Positions 47,083 to 53,349 of a stretch of DNA of 64,000 nt are shown here, in pieces. The notes beneath the pieces are model-generated. The model worked only from the letters and a program-made list of their open reading frames with translations. It had not been told where the DNA came from and did not search any database. A program made the position numbers and the translations under genes. Numbering within the stretch: the first letter of the stretch is position 1; every line of letters starts with the position of its first letter. The stretch covers positions 1-64,000 of the IMG/VR virus record IMGVR_UViG_3300036792_000284; one strand, given 5' to 3'. The DNA comes from a virus.

Positions 47083-48033
47083 CTACGGGGTGGGCTGGTT
47101 GCTCACGAAGAAGACGTAGCCGGTGTGCGTGCCGATGATCTGGCGGTTGCTGCCCTGGCCGGTGACCGGCGTGTAGAGCACGGTGTAGCCGTGGTTCGGC
47201 AGCAGGCCGGAGTAGACGCCCGTGTTCTCCACGCCGCCACCCTGGCCGTGCACCCACCCCTGGTGGCCATTGATGGCACCAGGACCGACGATGACGAACT
47301 TGTCCCAAGCGGTGAGGGTCTGCTTGTAGCTGACGTTCTCGCGCGTCGCCGCGACGAAGACGGCGTGACCACCGTAGAGGACCGGCACCGGGCAGATGCG
47401 CCCGGTGATGTTCCCGTCAGCAGCCAGGTTGCCGTCGCCGTTGATGGCGCTGTCAGTCCAGCTTTCGCACGCGGTCGCGTACGTCCAGCTCCAGACCTGG
47501 TTCTCCGTCACCACGGCGAGCGCCGGGTTGGCGAAGACCTGAGCGGGCCACTGGGCCGTCGTGTTGTTGCCAGCCGGGGCAGCGAAGTTGTCGTTCTCGA
47601 CCACGGGCCCGGCCGGCGCGACCAGGTTGTCAGTGCTCGGCGCGACCACGGTGTAGGAGATGCCGCCACTCATGGTGCCCTTGACCGCGTGGGCGACCAG
47701 CGCCCCGGCCGTGACCTGGTTCGGGGTCTTGGTGCCCTGGACAGAGCTGAACCCGCCGTTGTCAACCACGGTGGCGACGTAGTCCGTCTTCCCGGCAGCA
47801 GCGTCGGCCGGATTCTGGGTGGCCGCCACAGCGACGGTCAGCGTGCGCGTGAAGCTGTCGTACGCCCACGTGCCGCCGTTCCCGCCGTCGGGGCGGTTCA
47901 CGATGTGCGTGACCTGGGTGACCGTGGTCGGGGTCGCGGCGCTGGCAGCGCTCATGGCAGCCACACCGCCGCCCAGAGCCACTGCGGATACAGCCGCGGC
48001 GGTAATAAGCCGCCTGCCAAACCTCATATGCAA
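47083..48033 (-). CDS. Secreted beta-rich protein
   Basis: Signal peptide RFGRRLITAAAVSAVALGGGVAAMSAASA; RBS aggagg. Confidence 0.75.
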   Translation of the reverse strand: MHMRFGRRLITAAAVSAVALGGGVAAMSAASAATPTTVTQVTHIVNRPDGGNGGTWAYDSFTRTLTVAVAATQNPADAAAGKTDYVATVVDNGGFSSVQGTKTPNQVTAGALVAHAVKGTMSGGISYTVVAPSTDNLVAPAGPVVENDNFAAPAGNNTTAQWPAQVFANPALAVVTENQVWSWTYATACESWTDSAINGDGNLAADGNITGRICPVPVLYGGHAVFVAATRENVSYKQTLTAWDKFVIVGPGAINGHQGWVHGQGGGVENTGVYSGLLPNHGYTVLYTPVTGQGSNRQIIGTHTGYVFFVSNQPTP

Positions 48034-48233
48034 TCCTCCTGTTACGAGCCCCTGTGCTTGTCACGAGGCAACTGACAACTATTACGTACCAGGAAGATCA
48101 GCAGGGCGGTTTTCCCCTAAAACGTGGCCGGAACGCAAAAGCCCCGCCAGTCCCGGAGGGACGGCGGGGGGTAGTAGGTCCAGCTTAGTACGAAGTTGTG
48201 CAGATATGCTGCCACAGCGTGAGCATCTTCGAG

Positions 48234-48306
48234 TGGCCTCGGCTGGACTCGAACCAGCGACCCACGCCTTAGGAGGACGCGGCTCTATCCACTGAGCTAC
48301 GGGGCC
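48234..48306 (-). tRNA. tRNA-Arg(CCT)
   Basis: Cloverleaf; loop CT-CCT-AA. Confidence 0.9.
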
Positions 48307-48307
48307 C

Positions 48308-48383
48308 TGGAGGCGGAAACCGGAATCGAACCGGTGTGCGTCGCTTTGCAGGCGACTGCATATCCAGACTCTGCCATACCGCC
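48308..48383 (-). tRNA. tRNA-Cys(GCA)
   Basis: Cloverleaf; encoded CCA. Confidence 0.9.
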
Positions 48384-48384
48384 G

Positions 48385-48461
48385 TGGTGCGCTCGGAGGG
48401 ACTCGAACCCCCGACCCCTGGTTCCGGAAACCAGTGCTCTATTCCACTGAGCTACGGGCGC
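48385..48461 (-). tRNA. tRNA-Arg(CCG)
   Basis: Cloverleaf; encoded CCA. Confidence 0.9.
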
Positions 48462-48462
48462 T

Positions 48463-48546
48463 TGGTGACGGACGCAGGAATCGAACCTGCCGTGCCGAAG
48501 CAGCCGGGTTACAGCCGGCCCCCATGCCATCTCGGGTCACTCCGCC
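48463..48546 (-). tRNA. tRNA-Tyr(GTA)
   Basis: Cloverleaf with long variable arm. Confidence 0.9.
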
Positions 48547-48547
48547 T

Positions 48548-48622
48548 TGGGGTTGGTAACGAGAATCGAACTCGTATATCTGGAGCCACAGTCCAGCGCT
48601 CTGCCGTTGAGCTATACCGACC
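48548..48622 (-). tRNA. tRNA-His(GTG)
   Basis: Cloverleaf; G-1:C73. Confidence 0.9.
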
Positions 48623-48623
48623 G

Positions 48624-48695
48624 TGGGCGATGCTGGGATCGAACCAGCGACAACTGGTGTGTGAGACCAGCGCTCTTCCGCTGAGCTAAACGCCC
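48624..48695 (-). tRNA. tRNA-Val(CAC)
   Basis: Cloverleaf. Confidence 0.9.
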
Positions 48696-48706
48696 TCGTA
48701 CTTGCG

Positions 48707-48779
48707 TGCCCCCCGGGAGACTCGAACTCCCACCCTCCTGATCCGTAGTCAGACGCGCTATCCGTTGCGCTAGAGGGGC
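48707..48779 (-). tRNA. tRNA-Arg(ACG)
   Basis: Cloverleaf. Confidence 0.9.
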
Positions 48780-48783
48780 AAAG

Positions 48784-48855
48784 TGGGCGTACCTGGGGTT
48801 GAACCAGGGTCCTCTTCCGTGTCGGGGAAGCGCGCTTCCGCTGCGCTACACGCCC
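48784..48855 (-). tRNA. tRNA-Val(GAC)
   Basis: Cloverleaf; C33. Confidence 0.85.
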
Positions 48856-48896
48856 ATCGCTAGACAGTGGTCAAGAAACAGGTACCGTTTAATCAC

Positions 48897-49031
48897 GTGG
48901 ACACTTTCATCCTGCTGGCCATCGTCTTCGCTGCCGGCGTCTGGGTCGGCATGCGGTTCGGCGGCAGGCGCGCGCTGTGGCGGCTGCACACCGGGAACTA
49001 CAAGAAGATGGTCCGTGACCTCGACCTGTGA
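48897..49031 (+). CDS. 44-aa membrane peptide antisense to tRNA array
   Basis: MDTFILLAIVFAAGVWVGMRFGGRRALWRLHTGNYKKMVRDLDL; high GC3 codon usage. Confidence 0.6.
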   Translation: MDTFILLAIVFAAGVWVGMRFGGRRALWRLHTGNYKKMVRDLDL

Positions 49032-49032
49032 G

Positions 49033-49108
49033 CGCTCCTGACGGGATTCGGACCCGCGGTCTCCACCGTGACAGGGTGGCGGGGACGGCCAGACTCCCCT
49101 ACAGGTGC
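49033..49108 (-). tRNA. tRNA-Asp(GTC), atypical
   Basis: Cloverleaf; T-loop GTCCGAA, A3:A70 mismatch. Confidence 0.75.
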
Positions 49109-49120
49109 ATGTGTACTGCG

Positions 49121-49195
49121 CTCTCGCGGCAGGATTCGAACCTGCAACCCCCCGATTAACAGTCGGGCGCTAACTGCCAGTTGAGCTACGCGAGA
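49121..49195 (-). tRNA. tRNA-Asn(GTT)
   Basis: Cloverleaf. Confidence 0.9.
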
Positions 49196-49214
49196 TCGCT
49201 TGAGAGGCCTCCGG

Positions 49215-49979
49215 TTATTTAGCCCTTATCCAGCAGGGCCAGCCACGTATTCCCCGGAGCTTACGCCGGCCGCCAGTGCCGGACCTCGGTAAACAGTAAA
49301 GGCTCCCGGCGCCAGGAGCCCTCGCTGCTCTGTTGCCAGCCTGTCGAGGTGACTGGTCAGACCGTGGCGGGGGCAGGATTCGAACCTGCGTCTTCCGGGT
49401 TATGAGCCCGGGCTGGGACCTAGCTCCAGTCACCCCGCACCGTGTGGCACCAGGATAGCCCCCCAGGTGCCCGTGCTGCCGACGGGAATCGAACCCGTGT
49501 CGCTTATCCGGTTTGAAGGACCGGCGGCCCCTATCCAGCAGAGCAACGACAGCATGTAACTTAACGTGAGCCCAGTCAATCCCGCACCTGACACGGCTGA
49601 CCGTAGCCCGGGAAACTCCAAAACGTGCAGCAGCTGCCCGGGTGGGCTCACTTGATGCCCTGATCTCACGCACCAACTGTGGAGTCAGCTTGGCCTGAAC
49701 CTGCTGCTCTCCGTGCAACTTCTCCCCGGCAGACTTCTCATCATGATGCGGCCGACAGAGCACTTGGCACTTAGCTAGCTCAAGCTCACGCCGCATGCGC
49801 GACCACGACCAGACGTTATGACTAACCTTCAAGGCAGGGTCAATATGGTCCAGTTGAAGGTCATCGGCGCTGCCGCACCGGACACACGTCTTGTCGGCGA
49901 ACCAGGATGCACGAGTAGCTGCGGCCCGCTCTCTCTGGTATCTGCGCTGCTGTTCCGGGTCCTTATAGGGCACAAACAA
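49215..49979 (-). CDS. HNH homing endonuclease (HNH + HTH, ~140 aa core) whose frame reads on through two tRNA genes
   Basis: CVRCGS.DDLQLDHIDP..ELAKCQVLCRPHH; NUMOD/HTH-like RFGVSRATVSRV. Confidence 0.8.
   Translation of the reverse strand: MFVPYKDPEQQRRYQRERAAATRASWFADKTCVRCGSADDLQLDHIDPALKVSHNVWSWSRMRRELELAKCQVLCRPHHDEKSAGEKLHGEQQVQAKLTPQLVREIRASSEPTRAAAARFGVSRATVSRVRCGIDWAHVKLHAVVALLDRGRRSFKPDKRHGFDSRRQHGHLGGYPGATRCGVTGARSQPGLITRKTQVRILPPPRSDQSPRQAGNRAARAPGAGSLYCLPRSGTGGRRKLRGIRGWPCWIRAK
49365..49439 (-). tRNA. Initiator-type tRNA-Met(CAT)
   Basis: GGG/CCC anticodon stem, 1:72 mismatch. Confidence 0.8.
49474..49553 (-). tRNA. Atypical tRNA, best fold Glu(TTC) (loop CCTTCAA, 9-nt variable region)
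   Basis: Acceptor GCTGTCG/CGGCAGC, canonical T arm. Confidence 0.6.
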
Positions 49980-49982
49980 GTG

Positions 49983-50054
49983 TAACCCCTACCGCGTATA
50001 ACCCGTGCTCTCGCCTTGAAAGGACGGCGACCTCGGCCGCTAGTCGATGGGGGC
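49983..50054 (-). pseudogene. Degenerate tRNA-Glu(TTC) with destroyed T arm
   Basis: GCCCCCATCGACTAGCGGCCGAGGTCGCCGTCCTTTCAAGGCG intact; T loop replaced by GGGTTATACGCGG. Confidence 0.65.
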
Positions 50055-50186
50055 TCAGGAGACGAGCCGAATACCTTGTCTAAGGGCTCGGCCCGCTCCA
50101 CCGTGCCTGATATGTGTGCCAAGGCCGACTTCCCTCCGGTAGACAGTCCGGAGGTACTCACACACTGGGACAGGCTTGCCCGGCCG

Positions 50187-50261
50187 TGGTCCTGGCGGGC
50201 TTCGAACCCGCGTCACCGACTTGAGGGGCCGGCGTCCTGAGCCTGACTAGACGACAGGACC
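50187..50261 (-). tRNA. tRNA-Glu(CTC)
   Basis: Cloverleaf. Confidence 0.85.
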
Positions 50262-50272
50262 ATGTTCTTGCG

Positions 50273-50346
50273 CGCGCCGTGCAGGACTCGAACCCGCGAC
50301 CGTTCGCTTAGAGGGCGACCGCTCTGTCCGACTGAGCTAACGGCGC
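50273..50346 (-). tRNA. tRNA-Arg(TCT)
   Basis: Cloverleaf. Confidence 0.85.
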
Positions 50347-50350
50347 TGGG

Positions 50351-50422
50351 TGAGCTGCCAGGGACTTGAACCCTGTTCCCTGGATTAAAAGTCCGGTGCA
50401 TAGCCGTACATGCTCGCAGCCC
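50351..50422 (-). tRNA. tRNA-Lys(TTT)
   Basis: Cloverleaf; near-identical to Lys(CTT) copy. Confidence 0.85.
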
Positions 50423-50423
50423 G

Positions 50424-50500
50424 TGGTAGCGGTAGCGGGACTTGAACCTGCGACCTCGCGAATTATGAGTTCGGCGCTCTGCCAGCTGAGCTATACCGCC
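50424..50500 (-). tRNA. tRNA-Met/Ile2(CAT), elongator type
   Basis: Cloverleaf; encoded CCA. Confidence 0.85.
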
Positions 50501-50501
50501 G

Positions 50502-50575
50502 TGGGCGAGGCAGGATTTGAACCTGCGTCCTTCTCCTTATCAGAGAGCTGCTCGAACCGACTGAGCTGCTCGCCC
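50502..50575 (-). tRNA. tRNA-Ile(GAT)
   Basis: Cloverleaf. Confidence 0.85.
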
Positions 50576-50576
50576 G

Positions 50577-50663
50577 TGGAGGAGACGGTGGGATTCGAAC
50601 CCACGGGGCCGTAGCCCGCCGGTTTTCGGGACCGGAGCCTTAATCCACTCGTGCCACGTCTCC
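50577..50663 (-). tRNA. tRNA-Ser(CGA)
   Basis: Long variable arm; CCA. Confidence 0.9.
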
Positions 50664-50664
50664 A

Positions 50665-50750
50665 TGGAGGAACGGGCGGGATTCGAACCCGCGGGGCCGT
50701 GGCCCTCCACGCTAGCAACGTGGTGCGATCGTCCGCTCTGCCACCGTTCC
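50665..50750 (-). tRNA. tRNA-Ser(GCT)
   Basis: Long variable arm; CCA. Confidence 0.9.
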
Positions 50751-50754
50751 AAAG

Positions 50755-50839
50755 TGTCCGAGGAGAGATTTGAACTCTCACGCCCCGTGTGGAGCACTAG
50801 GGCCTGAACCTAGCGTGTCTGCCGTTCCACCACCCGGAC
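50755..50839 (-). tRNA. tRNA-Leu(CAG)
   Basis: Long variable arm. Confidence 0.9.
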
Positions 50840-50840
50840 T

Positions 50841-50916
50841 TGGAGCCGACGACGGGACTCGAACCCGCGGCCTCAACCTTGGCAAGGTTGCACGCTTCCA
50901 GCTGCGCTACGTCGAC
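50841..50916 (-). tRNA. tRNA-Gly(GCC)
   Basis: Cloverleaf; CCA. Confidence 0.9.
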
Positions 50917-50928
50917 ATGCTTACTGCG

Positions 50929-51001
50929 AGCCCGGAAACGGATTTGAACCGATGGCCTCTTCCGTACCGAGGAAGCGCTCTGCCTACTGAGCTATCCGGG
51001 C
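50929..51001 (-). tRNA. tRNA-Thr(GGT)
   Basis: Cloverleaf. Confidence 0.85.
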
Positions 51002-51032
51002 ATACTGGTCTCCGACAAGCGGAGGTAGCTAC

Positions 51033-51149
51033 ATGAACAAGGGCGCCAGCATCGCTAACGGGCCGATGCCGCACCAAGTGCCACAAGAAGTCCTCGACGC
51101 GAAAGCCGTCTCCACGACCTCCTGGGACCTAATCGAGCCGGGCATTTAG
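51033..51149 (+). CDS. 38-aa peptide antisense to tRNA array
   Basis: RBS ggaggtag; MNKGASIANGPMPHQVPQEVLDAKAVSTTSWDLIEPGI. Confidence 0.45.
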   Translation: MNKGASIANGPMPHQVPQEVLDAKAVSTTSWDLIEPGI

Positions 51150-51245
51150 AGAGGGCGTTCTTTAGGCCAGGGTTGTTGGCATCTTGAACTAACGGAAGCC
51201 CTGGCCCCCGCCCGGCCCCGCCGTAGGTACCGGATCTCCCTCAGG

Positions 51246-51331
51246 TGTCCGAAGCGGGACTCGAACCCGCACGCCCCTTGCGGGACACCCGCACCTCAAG
51301 CGGGTCAGTCTACCAATTGCAGCATTCGGAC
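51246..51331 (-). tRNA. tRNA-Leu(GAG)
   Basis: Long variable arm. Confidence 0.9.
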
Positions 51332-51341
51332 TTGATTTACA

Positions 51342-51462
51342 GGAGAACCCGAAGACCGGACCCCGGCGTGCACACCGAGGCGGCTGCCCTCACTCCGACT
51401 AGTTGCGGCCTGCGCACGACCGACTGGCACGGCGAGTCTTCTGGGGATGTTGCACGTTCTCC
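51342..51462 (-). ncRNA. Putative structured spacer RNA
   Basis: Closing stem GGAGAAC/GTTCTCC plus inner GAAGAC/GTCTTC. Confidence 0.35.
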
Positions 51463-51464
51463 CG

Positions 51465-51537
51465 AGCCCCGAACCGGCATCGAACCGATGACCTCCCCAT
51501 TACGAGTGGGGCGCTCTGCCATCTGAGCTACCGGGGC
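51465..51537 (-). tRNA. tRNA-Thr(CGT)
   Basis: Cloverleaf. Confidence 0.9.
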
Positions 51538-51548
51538 ATTGTTACCAG

Positions 51549-51619
51549 CTGGAGTACCTGGACTCGAACCAAGACCGACGGGTTCAGGGCCCGTCACGCT
51601 GCCATTACGCCATACTCCA
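51549..51619 (-). tRNA. tRNA-Gln(CTG)
   Basis: Cloverleaf. Confidence 0.85.
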
Positions 51620-51716
51620 CCGTCGCCGGGGCCCTTTGCTCGCCCCGGAGTGACGACCTTGTTCCTCCCCAGGGAGGGGCCGGGCAAGGATTCGCAGGAC
51701 GGCCTTGCCAGCCGTG

Positions 51717-51791
51717 TGGGCGAGGCGGGATTCGAACCCGCACGTTCCGCTGTTTGAGAGCGGCGAGTCTGCCGAGTTGCCCCACTCGCCC
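51717..51791 (-). tRNA. tRNA-Leu(CAA) with short (class I) variable arm
   Basis: Loop CT-CAA-AC; 5-nt variable region. Confidence 0.75.
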
Positions 51792-51826
51792 TGAGGACCC
51801 GGCGAGCATCGCTCCCCGGGCCCAAG

Positions 51827-51898
51827 TGCGCCGCCAGGGACTTGAACCCCGTTCCCTGGATTAAGAGTCCGGTGCATAGCCGTACATGCTCGCGGCGC
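51827..51898 (-). tRNA. tRNA-Lys(CTT)
   Basis: Cloverleaf. Confidence 0.85.
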
Positions 51899-51992
51899 GT
51901 AACCCGGACCTATTCTGGCCTCACAGCACTTATGCGAGGCGCTGTAGTCTATTTGGCCAGGTGGTTTCCGGGGGCGGTATGCATCCCGCCAG

Positions 51993-52065
51993 AGGGGATG
52001 ACGGGAATCGAACCCGCATCTGCTGATTGGAAGTCAGTCATCCTGAGCCATTGGACGACATCCCC
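51993..52065 (-). tRNA. tRNA-Gly(TCC)
   Basis: Cloverleaf. Confidence 0.85.
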
Positions 52066-52079
52066 GTTGTGTTACTGCG

Positions 52080-52152
52080 TAGGACCTGGAGATTCCGAGA
52101 CTCCGACCTGCAGGGTTTCAATCTGCCGCTCTGCCATCTGAGCTAAGGCCCC
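52080..52152 (-). tRNA. tRNA-Phe(GAA), atypical T loop
   Basis: D and anticodon arms canonical; T arm GGAG-TCTCGGAAT-CTCC. Confidence 0.65.
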
Positions 52153-52155
52153 ATA

Positions 52156-52270
52156 GTGACAGCTCACTCAGGAAACCACGGGAACCCGGTACCCGAGCCT
52201 CTCCTGGGATGGACGTCTCCACTTCCGCTGACTACCGCTTAAAGGCGGCTCCTGCGTCGGAGCTGTCAAG
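52156..52270 (-). ncRNA. Novel ~115-nt structured RNA, copy A
   Basis: TGACAGCTC/GAGCTGTCA closing stem; shares CGA.GCAGGAGCC and GGGTACCGGGTTCCC with copy B. Confidence 0.65.
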
Positions 52271-52342
52271 TCGGGACACAGGGACTCGGACCCCGTCTGC
52301 CTGCTCCCAAAGCAGGCGCGCTAACCCTTACGCGATATCCCG
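52271..52342 (-). tRNA. tRNA-Pro(TGG)
   Basis: Cloverleaf; T loop variant GTCCGAG. Confidence 0.8.
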
Positions 52343-52347
52343 TAGAC

Positions 52348-52479
52348 GGGCGGAGTGCTGCCGTTACACCACAGCCCTCAGCTCCTCGGGGCGGCCTACC
52401 CCGGCGTCCCTGGTGGCCACCAGGTCGGCGCGGAACCTTCGCGAGAGCTGCCGGGGACTTGAACCCCGGACTGCCGCCC
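52348..52479 (-). ncRNA. Circularly permuted tRNA-like RNA 1 (YrlA-like architecture)
   Basis: Order T arm - acceptor stem with ~65-nt insert - D arm, closed by GGGCGG/CCGCCC. Confidence 0.75.
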
Positions 52480-52558
52480 TGGTCGGGGTGGTGAGATTTG
52501 AACTCACGACCTCTTCGTCCCGAACGAAGCGCGCTCGACCAAGCTGCGCTACACCCCG
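52480..52558 (-). tRNA. tRNA-Pro(CGG)
   Basis: Cloverleaf; CCA. Confidence 0.9.
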
Positions 52559-52561
52559 AAG

Positions 52562-52677
52562 GTGACGGTGCACCCAGTCCGCCCGGGGAACCCGGTACCC
52601 CGGCGCAGGCTCAGGCCATGCGTCCATGCTTCGGCCGACCACCTCTTTGCGGAGGCTCCTGCTTCGGCACCGTCAAG
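52562..52677 (-). ncRNA. Novel ~115-nt structured RNA, copy B
   Basis: TGACGGTGC/GCACCGTCA closing stem covarying with copy A. Confidence 0.65.
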
Positions 52678-52688
52678 TCGAACTAAGT

Positions 52689-52802
52689 TCACGGCATGAC
52701 CGTCCAGCTGTTGGTCTGCTCGTGCAACTGGATCTCACTGTGGCGAACCCAAGACGGCTCGCCGGGCCCGCCGGTGCAAGCGACGTTTCCCTTGTCTCCC
52801 AT
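52689..52802 (-). CDS. 37-aa peptide inside tRNA array
   Basis: RBS gggaggt; MGDKGNVACTGGPGEPSWVRHSEIQLHEQTNSWTVMP. Confidence 0.45.
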   Translation of the reverse strand: MGDKGNVACTGGPGEPSWVRHSEIQLHEQTNSWTVMP

Positions 52803-52853
52803 GAGGATTACCTCCCCTCAGCAGTCGGCATGTTTTCCACACCAGCTACTACG

Positions 52854-52926
52854 TGGAGCCTGCGGGATTCGAACCCGCGACCTTTTCCGTGCGAGGGAAC
52901 TGCGCTACCAGTTGCGCCAAGGCCCC
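52854..52926 (-). tRNA. tRNA-Ala(CGC)
   Basis: Cloverleaf; G3:U70. Confidence 0.9.
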
Positions 52927-52930
52927 AGAT

Positions 52931-53060
52931 GCGGCACTCTGCCAATTGAGCTACCGGCCAGCGACAGCCAGACTGACCCCGGCTTTCCGCTAAGCGTACT
53001 GACCTGGTGCTGACTGCCTCGCATGTGACCGGGCAGGACTCGAACCTGCAACCCGCCGCC
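52931..53060 (-). ncRNA. Circularly permuted tRNA-like RNA 2
   Basis: GCGGC..GCAGG-TTCGAGT-CCTGC-CCGGTCA-[~65 nt]-TGGCCGG-TA-GCTC-AATTGGCA-GAGT-GCCGC. Confidence 0.75.
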
Positions 53061-53061
53061 G

Positions 53062-53134
53062 TGGAACCTGCCGGATTCGAACCGGCGACCTCCTGCATGC
53101 CATGCAGGCGCGCTACCAGCTGCGCCAAGGCCCC
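53062..53134 (-). tRNA. tRNA-Ala(GGC)
   Basis: Cloverleaf. Confidence 0.9.
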
Positions 53135-53349
53135 AGAGTGCGGCAGGCCGGACCGCGGTGTGAACACGGCCCCGCCCGCCACGTCTGAACAGGCAGCTCT
53201 TGTATCCGCTTCTTTCGCTGCCTGCAACCGGGACATAATCAACGGCCCCGGCTGCGGCGGGATGGCGCCCGCCGCTGATGCTCACGCTGTGGAGTTAGCA
53301 AGTTACGGTGACATGCGCCTGCGCGGGCTCTCGCCGTTGCTGACGGTCG

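Noticed and set aside
49474-49553. Selenocysteine tRNA
   Set aside because: The TCA register breaks the anticodon stem; no 8-bp acceptor or long variable arm; kept only as an atypical Glu tRNA
51129-51136. CTAATCGA as another late-promoter box
   Set aside because: Mismatch in the conserved CC and lies inside a plus-strand small ORF; no start codon at +6
51002-51240. tmRNA or SRP RNA in the larger spacers of the tRNA array (also 53135-53349)
   Set aside because: No tmRNA tRNA-like ends or ..ALAA tag; SRP core GGTCAGGTCCGGAAGGAAGCAGC not found
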